Source: a virus
IMG/VR virus record: IMGVR_UViG_3300021256_000025
Direction: 5' to 3' (one strand)
Length of the DNA stretch: 44,282 nucleotides
Shown: in pieces, positions 8,287-17,265 of the stretch
How positions within the stretch are numbered: position 1 is the first letter of the stretch
Layout of the letters: each line of letters opens with the position of its first letter
The notes under the pieces: model-generated
What the model was told of the DNA's origin: nothing
The model's database searches: none
Seen by the model: the letters and a program-made list of their open reading frames with translations, nothing else
Program-made: the position numbers and the translations under genes

Positions 8287-9044
8287 CTTCTCACCCCTTG
8301 CCTGCCACCGGTTCCTTTCGCGCCCATCTGAACCAAAACTGTGCTTCTAACATCCCCCGGCTGCACCGGTCCCCGCTTGGTCGCAGAGTCTGTCGTCCAT
8401 TGCCGCGCGGAAACTTTCACTGTGGCCACCGTAGCCACCAGCACCTCCCGCATGGCCACCGTGCACCGGAGCCCGTTCATTGTGCTGGCATCATCCGGAG
8501 CGCTGATGGATTCTATCAGCATGTTCTGGTATGTCCCCAGCCTCGTGTGGACCACCATGGGAATTCGTGACCTTTGGAGATCTAAAAGCCGCCGGTACGC
8601 GCTTACCGACTTATTGAAAAAACTGTTAAACTGCCCGGGCTGACGACTGGCCATGGCATCCGACATGAACACCTCCATGGTGATATGCGTCGGCTCCCGG
8701 TACGCATGGTCTGAAATGTTCGCCCCAGACTGCACCGGATGAGATGTGATGGTCAGTTGTTCCTGAATCTCCGTAGACATAACCCCATCGAAAAAAAGCC
8801 CGCTGATATTCGTCTGCACCAGCACCATCTGCCGCGCATCAATATCGGCGCCCCACTGACGTGGCCGATATCCAACATCAACGCGCCCGCCGGAGAACAT
8901 CGTCCCCACGGCCGTCCACACAGAACCCAAGCCAAACACATCGCCAATGTTCCCCAGAACATCGCCCACATTCAACCCTTTAGGTTCCCCGAAGCATCCG
9001 CCACCCTGTCGGTCGGTCGGTAAAAAGCTGGTAAAAAAGCTCAT
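8283..9044 (-). CDS. Hypothetical tail protein (Mu gp43 / XkdP position)
   Basis: 253 aa directly after the tape measure; no LysM motif seen. Confidence 0.5.
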   Translation of the reverse strand: MSFFTSFLPTDRQGGGCFGEPKGLNVGDVLGNIGDVFGLGSVWTAVGTMFSGGRVDVGYRPRQWGADIDARQMVLVQTNISGLFFDGVMSTEIQEQLTITSHPVQSGANISDHAYREPTHITMEVFMSDAMASRQPGQFNSFFNKSVSAYRRLLDLQRSRIPMVVHTRLGTYQNMLIESISAPDDASTMNGLRCTVAMREVLVATVATVKVSARQWTTDSATKRGPVQPGDVRSTVLVQMGAKGTGGRQGVRR

Positions 9045-11119
9045 ACTTCAGCCCTCCTCCCAAACCGTTGCCAGATGTGAAGCGTATCATTCATGCCCTG
9101 CTCCACGCCACTCTTGGCCGCGCTTCCAATTTCCTGCGGGGTAGCATTGGTGCCCTTTACGTAAATATTGACAGTAGCACCGCCAAACGTATAATTCCCA
9201 TAACCAGCACCACCGCCAAAGCCACCACCAACGGTAGCAGGATATCCAGCTCCTCCCATAGACGCAACACTGGCCGCATAACTGTCTTTTGCCGGAGCCA
9301 TGCCGACAGCACTGGTGTCCAATCCTATTCCGTTAAGCATGCCAGCCGCAATATTGCCTGTTGTAGAATCACCACCGCCGCCAGAATGCCCTTTAGCAGC
9401 CTGCAACTCACTCACGGAACCAAATCCCCACAACGAACCAAAATACTGCTCCATACCGGACATGCTGCCACGCTGTACGCCCCCGCTGGAATTTCTGGCA
9501 ATGTATTCACCATTCCCGGCATATATACCAACATGATGCGCCCAGTCAATCAGATCACCCGGCTGTGGCTGATACCCGTCACCTTTAGGATGATATGCTC
9601 CTTCACTCTTAAACTGCCCAGCAAGTAAATCCCCGTTCATCGTAGGCTCAACATCAACCCCTGCGCTCGCCATCATCTGCGACGCAAACGATGCGCACTG
9701 ATTCCGGGAATCCTTGTTTTCTCCGGTAGGATCCATCCATTGCGTGCCCTGTTCAAATTGGGATGCATTATTCACTACATCAGCCCCGGAACCTCCTCCG
9801 GTAAACATATCTTTAATCTTGCCGTAAAATTTTTTACCATTCGTAATCAAAGCCTTGCCAAAGTCTATAACAGAATCTTTTACCAGCCCCGCCGCCTCTG
9901 AAAATTTGCCTTCTTTAATGAGCGCCGCAGCCTTAAGTATCCGCCCTACCAGCTTAACAAATTCTGCCATATTTTTGATTGCTGTAGATATCCCGGTCGC
10001 AATCGTACCAAAAAACGTCCTAACCGTTGGCAGCCCTATCCCGAACATTTTTAACAGGTTTTCAATCTGCCTCTTTTGAGCTTTCCATAAATCGGCAAGC
10101 CCCTGACCAAGCTCCAGAACCGCTGTTTTAATTGACTGGATCACTTCATCAAGGCGTAACTCTTTTACAAAATAATCTAAAATGCCAACAATTTCCGTCA
10201 GCTTGGTCTTAAAATCATCCAGCCATTCCGAGCCGGTGCCTTCCGAAAACTTCAGCAAAGCCTCCCATATCGGCGCCAGCGTAGCGCTGCTGTTCCAGCC
10301 ATTCATGTAGCCCATGAAATCCTCAATCAAGAGCATGGCCACAGACAGACCTGCCAGCAAGGCTCCGAACGGGCCCGCCATGATAATCGCACCAACGGCC
10401 GCAAATACAGCGCCCCACTTCTTCACGTTATCAGGCAGGCTGACGATAAAATCGTAGACCTTCCCGATGGCAAGCCCCAGCGCCTTAATCGTTGCCAGAG
10501 CAGGCTGCAACACCATCGAAATAGCCCGTGATACTGTGCGTGCCAGCCCCGGCATGTCTGTCCCCAGCTTATCCAGCAACCAATTCAGAAATGCCCGGAA
10601 ATCCTCAATGTACGGCTCCAGATACTTGATCAGGTAATATGCGATCCATTCCTTCAGCATCTTCAGGCGCACAAACAGGACCTGCACGTCGTAGCCAATT
10701 TCCCGGATGTACCGCAGCTGTGCATCGGCGTCTGCCGGTGTAGCAAACTTCTGCATTTCGCCACGCAGCCGAAAGAACTGCTCCCGAAGCTCCGGTACCC
10801 ATGCAATATCATCCTGGCTGACCCCCATGGTTTTCATGGCAACGGAAAGAGCTTTTGCAGTTTCCTTCGTTGTCCACATGGACGCCGCCAGCTTCTGGTA
10901 CTCCATATCAGCCTTGGCAACGCCCTTCACTGTTTCATAAGCAGCCTTTCCAACCGCCCCGATAGCCGCAGCCAACGCCATCGGTGCCGCCGCGCCCTTC
11001 AGCTTTACGAGGTGAGATTTTAACTCCGTCAACGCACTCCGCGCAGCACCGAAAGAATTCTGGTCAATATCCGCACCAATTCTGACCAGATACTCCTCCA
11101 TAGTGTTCCAGTTACTCAT
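9041..11119 (-). CDS. Tape measure protein with embedded NlpC/P60-type (Cys/His) peptidoglycan peptidase domain
   Basis: 692 aa, helical/TM-rich; NQCASFASQMM...GDLIDWAHHVGIYAGNGEYIARN = papain-like Cys...His pattern; Gly-rich tail. Confidence 0.8.
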   Translation of the reverse strand: MSNWNTMEEYLVRIGADIDQNSFGAARSALTELKSHLVKLKGAAAPMALAAAIGAVGKAAYETVKGVAKADMEYQKLAASMWTTKETAKALSVAMKTMGVSQDDIAWVPELREQFFRLRGEMQKFATPADADAQLRYIREIGYDVQVLFVRLKMLKEWIAYYLIKYLEPYIEDFRAFLNWLLDKLGTDMPGLARTVSRAISMVLQPALATIKALGLAIGKVYDFIVSLPDNVKKWGAVFAAVGAIIMAGPFGALLAGLSVAMLLIEDFMGYMNGWNSSATLAPIWEALLKFSEGTGSEWLDDFKTKLTEIVGILDYFVKELRLDEVIQSIKTAVLELGQGLADLWKAQKRQIENLLKMFGIGLPTVRTFFGTIATGISTAIKNMAEFVKLVGRILKAAALIKEGKFSEAAGLVKDSVIDFGKALITNGKKFYGKIKDMFTGGGSGADVVNNASQFEQGTQWMDPTGENKDSRNQCASFASQMMASAGVDVEPTMNGDLLAGQFKSEGAYHPKGDGYQPQPGDLIDWAHHVGIYAGNGEYIARNSSGGVQRGSMSGMEQYFGSLWGFGSVSELQAAKGHSGGGGDSTTGNIAAGMLNGIGLDTSAVGMAPAKDSYAASVASMGGAGYPATVGGGFGGGAGYGNYTFGGATVNIYVKGTNATPQEIGSAAKSGVEQGMNDTLHIWQRFGRRAEV

Positions 11120-11747
11120 TACTTCACCTCCGCCTCTGCCGCCGCCTGTGCGCGTCGTTTATTTTCTGCCTGGACCGCAAGCATCTCGTGTGCGTCCAGC
11201 AAATCGTCAAAGTCATATGTCCCGTCCCACATTTCATGCTGCCGCCAGATGCCGGCCGTAACCGGCACCATGGCATATTGTCTGGCAGCATCGATGGTAG
11301 GATAAGGAACCGGATCATAATTCAGGGTCAGTCCTTCTTCGGGCTTAACCCTTCCCCGCCGAAAAAACCGCCAATGTTGAATATCGCCGCCTGAACGGTA
11401 AGCGCAATGACGGCCGCAGCATCCGTGCGGAGCTCCTCGTCAGTGTAGGTACCGTCTGCCTTCAAAATCGGCATCGGCATATCCACACCGCCAGAGGTTT
11501 CCATCTTCAGCACGGTAGCCAGCAGGATCTTCTGTACTTCCGTAAAATCTTTACGATTCATGGACGTTATTGCCTGGGACAACAACTGCATGTCGCTGGC
11601 AGTGACTCCCTGCCCAGACATCCCGCTCATCAAAGGCAGAGCCACGCCTGCCAACTTAAAAGCGACATAAGACCCGGAATCAGCGTCCAACTTGGTCAGC
11701 TTATACCGGGTCCCGTTATAATCAAAATATTTTTCCTTAACCTTCAT
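11119..11747 (-). CDS. Tail assembly chaperone GT-like product via -1 programmed frameshift (about 209 aa)
   Basis: T_TTT_TTC heptamer in frame. The -1 frame is open for 80 codons (RRGRVKPEEGLTLNYDPVPY...DLLDAHEMLAVQAENKRRAQAAAEAEVK). Its stop overlaps the tape-measure ATG (taATG). Confidence 0.7.
11328..11747 (-). CDS. Tail assembly chaperone (G-like, XkdN-like), zero-frame product
   Basis: 139 aa between the tube and tape measure genes; carries the slippery heptamer near its 3' end. Confidence 0.75.
   Translation of the reverse strand: MKVKEKYFDYNGTRYKLTKLDADSGSYVAFKLAGVALPLMSGMSGQGVTASDMQLLSQAITSMNRKDFTEVQKILLATVLKMETSGGVDMPMPILKADGTYTDEELRTDAAAVIALTVQAAIFNIGGFFGGEGLSPKKD
11361..11367 (-). 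promoter_or_regulatory. -1 ribosomal frameshift slippery site T_TTT_TTC
   Basis: Minus strand ggT TTT TTC ggc; plus strand gaaaaaa. Confidence 0.7.
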
Positions 11748-11762
11748 CGAATAGTCCTCCTA

Positions 11763-12200
11763 TCAGCGCGGATCGTTTACGATATCAGCGCATAACAACG
11801 TCCAAGTCACCCGAGAACCCTGTGCCTGGTACGGAACGTCGGCCTCCTTCTGCGGGGAAACTCCCTGACAGATATGAGAACCGCCGGTGCTGGAATTTTT
11901 CAACAGCATAGAAGTCTGTGCCCACTGATTTGTGGGAAGCTGCCACAAGGTCTGGAACCAGCGTAACAGCCATTTATGCAGCGGAGCAGTCTGCTGTACT
12001 TCGATGGTCACGGTGCCGTTATTGCCCGCAATTTTGCTGACCATGATGCTGCCATCTGCAGCGACGTCATGGGTGGACCGTTCTGTGCTTTTCGCAACGG
12101 ATACGCTGCCGGCACCTTCCCCGGTAAAAATATACGCGCCCACCGCCGGATGGCTAATGGACCCGACCAAATCAAGAAAAGAATAAGTCGTGCGTGACAT
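11763..12200 (-). CDS. Tail tube protein
   Basis: 145 aa directly downstream of the sheath gene and upstream of the chaperone; DUF3277-like by recollection. Confidence 0.65.
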   Translation of the reverse strand: MSRTTYSFLDLVGSISHPAVGAYIFTGEGAGSVSVAKSTERSTHDVAADGSIMVSKIAGNNGTVTIEVQQTAPLHKWLLRWFQTLWQLPTNQWAQTSMLLKNSSTGGSHICQGVSPQKEADVPYQAQGSRVTWTLLCADIVNDPR

Positions 12201-12212
12201 TTATAGCCCTCC

Positions 12213-13373
12213 TTAACGATTGATGTTGACTTCGATAACCACGAACTCGATAGCACCCGCCAGCTTCACGCATACGTAAATGGTCGGTGCAATTCTCTTG
12301 TCGCGGTCTGCCTGCGGCTGGGAATCAATGCTCTCAGACTGCACCAGATACCCGGCATCCAGATAGTCCCCGGTCATCAGCTCAAGGCACTGCGAACCAT
12401 TCCACTGACCCGGTGCAATAAACCCGGACCGCACGTGTTTGTCACATGCCTGGTTGATAACGTTGATGATAGACGCCACACCAGCCTCGGTCTGCGGAAC
12501 CTTCCTGCTCTGGGCCAAGAGGTCCATGACATTCAGGACAATGTCGTTCTCCAGCATGTCCAGTCCCATGATCTCATCGAAGCTGGTACCGTCGGCCATA
12601 TAACCCTGCTGCAGCAGATCGTAATCTTCCGCGCGGGTCACGTAAACGTTGCCATTATTGCCGGTGGTCGTCCGGGAACCGCACACATACTCAACCTGTG
12701 CCTCGGTCAAAGAATCGGTGGTAATACCGACCGCAGACTTGTACGCCATAGTAAACATGCTGTTGGCTGTGCCAGAATTCAAACCGTTTGCACGCCCCAT
12801 CCAAGCCGCCGCCGCATTCACGTTCCCGGAATTGTATACGCCCCAGGACCTGCGATAATTGTTCGCCTTCATCTTCATAAAGATATCCTGCACCTGCGTG
12901 GTCGGATCTTCTTCTTCATAGGTCGGCTGCAGAACGTCCGCACTGTGCGTGGTATACATGTGCAGTGTGCGCGGTGTAGCACTTTCTGCCCATGCTCCCA
13001 GCGCTTCACTTTCGGCATCCGCAGCACCCAGCGCCACAAACTCGTACCATTCAGAGTTTGCCTGACGGCATGCTTCCATGGCGGTCGCCTTATCCTCACT
13101 GTTAGCCGTGTCGATAACACCCACGCAGAGCTTGTCCGGCCGCGGGATCTGATTAAAATACAGCCGCGCCGCAACGTACTCATCGCTGGTGTTGGAGAAT
13201 CCATCTGCCAGCATGGCCGCCGGGGAAGTGTACACACGCACTCGCTCGGTCACCGGGATCACGTCGCTGCTACCCAGAATCAGGCCAACATTGAACCCTT
13301 TACGAGCGGCCGCCTTCGCGCTCAAATTGATATCGACCTTAACGATAGGCCGCAGATCTAATTTGATAGCCAT
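12213..13373 (-). CDS. Tail sheath protein
   Basis: 386 aa, position upstream of tube/chaperone/TMP; DUF3383-like N-terminus (KGFNVGLILGSS). Confidence 0.7.
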   Translation of the reverse strand: MAIKLDLRPIVKVDINLSAKAAARKGFNVGLILGSSDVIPVTERVRVYTSPAAMLADGFSNTSDEYVAARLYFNQIPRPDKLCVGVIDTANSEDKATAMEACRQANSEWYEFVALGAADAESEALGAWAESATPRTLHMYTTHSADVLQPTYEEEDPTTQVQDIFMKMKANNYRRSWGVYNSGNVNAAAAWMGRANGLNSGTANSMFTMAYKSAVGITTDSLTEAQVEYVCGSRTTTGNNGNVYVTRAEDYDLLQQGYMADGTSFDEIMGLDMLENDIVLNVMDLLAQSRKVPQTEAGVASIINVINQACDKHVRSGFIAPGQWNGSQCLELMTGDYLDAGYLVQSESIDSQPQADRDKRIAPTIYVCVKLAGAIEFVVIEVNINR

Positions 13374-13381
13374 TCCTCAAA

Positions 13382-13969
13382 TCACCCTTTCTTGATAATA
13401 ATGCCGCCCGTAGATACCACAGTTTCGGAATCTTCCGGACGGTTCGCACCAATCGTGACAGGCACGCTGGTGATTGTTTTAACTTCTGTGTCGTAGCTCT
13501 TCGCCACGTTGAAAATCATGGTCATGTCGGCCCTGCGCCACCACCTCGCCTGAAACAGCTCCGGAGCATACCTGGGCGCCTCATTCCCGGGCACCACATA
13601 TACCCCGGCATTCCGTAAAATCGGCACACCGTTATAGATGGCGGTGCGGATATTATCCAAATTGGTCGCGCCATTCGGCCCGTAGGCAATGAGCTGTGCC
13701 TGCATCACCCGCGTCTGTTCCTGGTGCCGGTTCAAATCTTCCCCGGAATCCTGCCAAAAATCATGCAGCGGCTGTGAAACATCCTGTCCGTCCAGAAACG
13801 TCAGCTGGAAAAACAGCACATCTTCGTTGTAGCTCCAATCAGGTTGCCCCATTGTGGGCCACGAGCGCCTCACTGGCGGCCTTTCATTAGCCTCCTCGGG
13901 GTTTTCCCCCAGCAGCGTCATAAACGCCCTGTAAAACAAAATCTCGAGCTCATCCAATGCCATCACCAT
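13382..13969 (-). CDS. Tail completion/neck protein (by position)
   Basis: 195-aa ORF just upstream of the sheath gene. Confidence 0.45.
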   Translation of the reverse strand: MVMALDELEILFYRAFMTLLGENPEEANERPPVRRSWPTMGQPDWSYNEDVLFFQLTFLDGQDVSQPLHDFWQDSGEDLNRHQEQTRVMQAQLIAYGPNGATNLDNIRTAIYNGVPILRNAGVYVVPGNEAPRYAPELFQARWWRRADMTMIFNVAKSYDTEVKTITSVPVTIGANRPEDSETVVSTGGIIIKKG

Positions 13970-14324
13970 CCAGTCTGGAACCTATCGACCGATAGAACCC
14001 GTAATCAATATCCGGTGTGACCGTCACGATCCGGTAACGCGCCCCACGCCAGAACACCATGTCCGTAATTTCTCCATCGCTCGTGATATAGATCCGCTCG
14101 GTGGTCAAAATCTTAATGGCCCCGGTCAGCCTGTCCCCTTCAGGAACCTGCTGCAGGTCTTTTGCACTTGCCATGGTGACGATGCCCCGCATAGTCAGCT
14201 CGGTTGGATTCTCATCCTGCACCCATGTTCCATACTGCCAAGACCCGCCACGCCGCAGGATAGTTATTTTCTGGCTCATCCTCGGGCTGTGAACCACCCG
14301 CGCCAGATTCACCCGTGTGTTCAT
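13950..14324 (-). CDS. Head-tail joining protein (by position)
   Basis: 124-aa ORF in the connector cluster. Confidence 0.45.
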   Translation of the reverse strand: MNTRVNLARVVHSPRMSQKITILRRGGSWQYGTWVQDENPTELTMRGIVTMASAKDLQQVPEGDRLTGAIKILTTERIYITSDGEITDMVFWRGARYRIVTVTPDIDYGFYRSIGSRLDGDGIG

Positions 14325-14325
14325 A

Positions 14326-14904
14326 TCAGCCCTCCCTGATCACATACGTGATAGCCTTCCGCATGGTGCCGGTATCCACCAACGGCCGCTCCGACTTCTT
14401 CAGCTTGATGGTCAGCGGACTATTAGGCGGCCAGCCATTCCGTGGATCACTGAACCAGTCCCGGCAATAATTCTGCGCCGCCATCCCGCAGACGTTCATG
14501 GCCTTTTTCATTGCTGCCTCGTCGCCCTTACAGGCCGCTTTAATAACCGCCTGAAACAACTTCCCGATGGCATCCGCATGGGCCTCCAGCGCCGGCTCCA
14601 GCACCGGCCGTGGCGGTATATGCCATAACGGCGAGCCGTGGCTCATGATATACAGCTGATACGCCGCGGAATACTTCATCCCCGCGTCGATCTTTGGCTG
14701 CATCTCCTGCCGCATTGACTTCTTCCGGACGCCGTGTGACAGGATGTACAGCAGCTGCGCATTATTGATAGACTCGCCCTGTCGGGCCGCCTTCTTTTCC
14801 GGAATGCCCACCATGATGCGGCGCTTCTTCAGCTTCTGCACCCGTTCCATCAGACCATCAAAGCCGCCATTGTTCTGCGTGTGCTGGACGTTCACCGTTA
14901 CCAT
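14326..14904 (-). CDS. Neck protein, possibly HK97 gp10-like
   Basis: 192-aa ORF in the connector cluster; weak pattern similarity only. Confidence 0.4.
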   Translation of the reverse strand: MVTVNVQHTQNNGGFDGLMERVQKLKKRRIMVGIPEKKAARQGESINNAQLLYILSHGVRKKSMRQEMQPKIDAGMKYSAAYQLYIMSHGSPLWHIPPRPVLEPALEAHADAIGKLFQAVIKAACKGDEAAMKKAMNVCGMAAQNYCRDWFSDPRNGWPPNSPLTIKLKKSERPLVDTGTMRKAITYVIREG

Positions 14905-15392
14905 ATGTACATCCCGCCCTTACATAACCGCTTGGCGATGGACGCATACAGCACCCCGAACCGGGTCAGCTTAAAATCTGCCCAGCCTGACAGATCCTGC
15001 ACCGCGCTCGTGTCCAGAGAATAGCTCACACCGTCTGCCGATTCGCTGGTGACCGTACCGATAGAACTCCCGGCCGCCACGATATCGTCAGCACTGCTTC
15101 CATCCGGCACATTCCCCTGCATCCACAAGGTCAGCATGTGCGCGGTATACAGCCCGCAGCAATACTCCCACATCTTCCCGAACCGTTGCTCACTGACCAC
15201 CTCGTTAGTGAGGTCAATGAACATGTCCAGCACGGCACTCGGCACCACCGGCGCCCCATCCACCACCGTCGCAAACTGTGGATAGACCGCCAGAAACTGC
15301 TCCGAGGTATAAGTGCTGTTGTTCGGCTTTTTGATGCCGGATGCCTGGGCCCGCAGATGCAGTAAAACCGTGCCGATGCACGGGTTCATCAT
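14898..15392 (-). CDS. Head-tail adaptor, DUF4054-like
   Basis: EQFLAVYPQF...FGKMWEYCCGLYTAHMLTL pattern resembles DUF4054 connectors. Confidence 0.5.
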   Translation of the reverse strand: MMNPCIGTVLLHLRAQASGIKKPNNSTYTSEQFLAVYPQFATVVDGAPVVPSAVLDMFIDLTNEVVSEQRFGKMWEYCCGLYTAHMLTLWMQGNVPDGSSADDIVAAGSSIGTVTSESADGVSYSLDTSAVQDLSGWADFKLTRFGVLYASIAKRLCKGGMYIW

Positions 15393-15616
15393 TTCTTTTT
15401 CGCGGCGGTCTTTTTCGGTGCGGCCGCAGCAGAGCTGCCCTGCACGATCGGAGCCTCGGACAGCTTAACCAGAGAGCCGTCTTTTACTACCAGCGGGAAA
15501 AGCGGGTCTTTTTCGATCCATTCCGGCGCGGATTCAATGTTGTTCCCACCCATGGAAACAAAAACTTTCTCATCGCCCCCACGGAAACGGAGCTTCTTTT
15601 TTGTCAGAATCTGCAT
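15389..15616 (-). CDS. Hypothetical protein with Lys/Ala-rich tail
   Basis: 75-aa ORF with RBS AGAGGAGG, first gene after the capsid terminator. Confidence 0.5.
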   Translation of the reverse strand: MQILTKKKLRFRGGDEKVFVSMGGNNIESAPEWIEKDPLFPLVVKDGSLVKLSEAPIVQGSSAAAAPKKTAAKKK

Positions 15617-15633
15617 GTGTACGCCTCCTCTTA

Positions 15634-15667
15634 ATAAAAAAGCCCGGCCCCTTTTCAGGGCCGGGCT
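15634..15667 (-). terminator. Intrinsic terminator after the major capsid gene
   Basis: Minus strand AGCCCGGCCC-tgaaaag-GGGCCGGGCT followed by TTTTTATT, 9 nt after the capsid stop. Confidence 0.8.
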
Positions 15668-15675
15668 GTGTAAAA

Positions 15676-16731
15676 TCAGATGCCGTCAAAGTAGCCAACC
15701 GGCTGGAAGTAGTTAAATTTCACCGGGCCCATCTGGGCTGCATACAAGGTCAGGTAAGCGGCCTGCAGCAGATCAGGCTGGGTCATGGCGCGGGTGTTCG
15801 GAACGGTGATATCGAAGTACAGCATGTCTTCGTCGTTCACGTAAGCAACCGCACGGTCGGTGGAACCAGCGCCGGCGCCTTTGCACCAACGGCAAGGTGC
15901 GATGGTCACGTCCACGCCCTGGCGCTTGGCAATGTTGTCCTCCAGCAGGTATTCCAGGATGGACTTGTCCGCTGCCTGGGAAACTTTATGCAGGCCAATG
16001 TAGGCGTAGGCTTCCGGGGTGATCAGAATATGATTGGGCATGCCCTTCATGTCATATTCAGATGCGGTCCAGCCGGCAACCAGCATGTCGTTCACGTCCT
16101 GCAGGATTTCGTCCGGGGTTTTGGTGCTCCACTGCGTGCTGCCACCGGTGCCGGTAGCCACGGAAGTAACGGTCACGTTTGCGTCGTTAACCAGGCCGGT
16201 GGTGCCGTAATCGGTGAAGCCGGTGTACACGTTCATGTCCAGGGTTTTGTTGTAATTCAGACGGACGCCCTTGTTCATGAGGTCCTCTAAATTACGGCCG
16301 ATCTGCTTGGACTTCTGCAGGTCAATAAATTTAACCTTCAGAACATTCATCCAGGTCAGGGTCGGGAACAGGTTCTTGTTCATGTCCACCTGAACGATAG
16401 GTACCGCATTAGTAGCAGAACCCACAATGCCGTTCTGGTTAGCACCGGAAGTAGCGTAACCTACATCGTAGGTGCTGGTGTATTCCACCCAGCCGCCGCC
16501 AGTCTTGGCGACAATATCGCGCTGCCAGGTGACGGAAGTCAGCGGCTCGCGAATTTTCGGGTCGATCTTTTCTAATTCAGCCTGCAGGAACGCCATGCCG
16601 GAAGCAACGGCGGCGTCTGCACCGCGGCCATACCCGCCTCTGGGCTGGTAAAATTTGTGGCCGCCCTGGCTCATTGCATAGTTGCCTGCCTGGGCCAGAT
16701 TGGCGTCAGGTAAACCTAAAAATCCACTCAT
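15676..16731 (-). CDS. Major capsid protein (DUF2184-type)
   Basis: 351 aa, downstream of the scaffold and decoration-like genes, followed by a terminator; N-terminal pattern recalls DUF2184. Confidence 0.75.
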   Translation of the reverse strand: MSGFLGLPDANLAQAGNYAMSQGGHKFYQPRGGYGRGADAAVASGMAFLQAELEKIDPKIREPLTSVTWQRDIVAKTGGGWVEYTSTYDVGYATSGANQNGIVGSATNAVPIVQVDMNKNLFPTLTWMNVLKVKFIDLQKSKQIGRNLEDLMNKGVRLNYNKTLDMNVYTGFTDYGTTGLVNDANVTVTSVATGTGGSTQWSTKTPDEILQDVNDMLVAGWTASEYDMKGMPNHILITPEAYAYIGLHKVSQAADKSILEYLLEDNIAKRQGVDVTIAPCRWCKGAGAGSTDRAVAYVNDEDMLYFDITVPNTRAMTQPDLLQAAYLTLYAAQMGPVKFNYFQPVGYFDGI

Positions 16732-16746
16732 GACTTATACCTCCTC

Positions 16747-17262
16747 TTACGGATTGACGCGGGTCAGCACGGTGACCTCGCAAATACGATCTGCATCCAT
16801 CGCGCCGGTGGTCCATTTTACGTTAGGAAGCAGGACAGTGTTGGAACCATCTGCAGCCGCCTCGAAGCCGCCAACTACGCCGTTAGCAACGGACGCATTC
16901 GCAGCGATACGAACGTATACAGCACCGCCTGCGGTCGGAGTGCCAACGTTGCAGACTACAGTAACAGCACCGCGGGTCAGCGCGTCCATTACCTGGCCGG
17001 GCTGATATTCAACCAGGTTCTGGTTGAAATAATTAGTGGCGTTCTTTACCACGCGAACGGCGATGCCGCCAAAATCAGCAGCCGTGAATCCAGCACCAAC
17101 CAGCTCGTAGCTGTTGTCGCCGTTCAGCTTCACGCAGGCACCAAAAGGTACCGCAGCGGAGCTGCTCTTTAGTTTACGCGCCACGGTTACGTCATCCGGG
17201 GTGCGTGCATAGTTACCGGGGTAGCCATACCCCATGGAAATACCAATCGCTTTACCAGCCAT
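16747..17262 (-). CDS. Capsid-associated structural protein (decoration/cement-like)
   Basis: 171 aa between the scaffold and capsid genes. Confidence 0.45.
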   Translation of the reverse strand: MAGKAIGISMGYGYPGNYARTPDDVTVARKLKSSSAAVPFGACVKLNGDNSYELVGAGFTAADFGGIAVRVVKNATNYFNQNLVEYQPGQVMDALTRGAVTVVCNVGTPTAGGAVYVRIAANASVANGVVGGFEAAADGSNTVLLPNVKWTTGAMDADRICEVTVLTRVNP

Positions 17263-17265
17263 GGT

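Noticed and set aside
8283-9044. Expected LysM/XkdP-type peptidoglycan-binding protein after the tape measure
   Set aside because: No LysM-like motif is visible in the 253-aa product. It is left as a hypothetical tail protein.
11124-11318. 64-aa ORF between the tail chaperone and the tape measure gene
   Set aside because: It is in the wrong frame, with an odd composition (MIRFLILPSMLPDNMPWCRLRP...) and no RBS. The -1 frame of the chaperone gives a protein-like 80-codon extension that ends at the tape-measure ATG, so the coding content here is the GT frameshift product.
12435-13361. Long plus-strand ORFs antisense to minus-strand genes (for example 12435..13361, 15601..16290, 19772..20608, 21978..22919, 22974..23900, 26700..27641, 35950..36957)
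   Set aside because: They are shadow ORFs on the opposite strand of genes with clear family motifs. Their composition is Arg/Pro/His-rich and low-complexity, and they have no RBSs.
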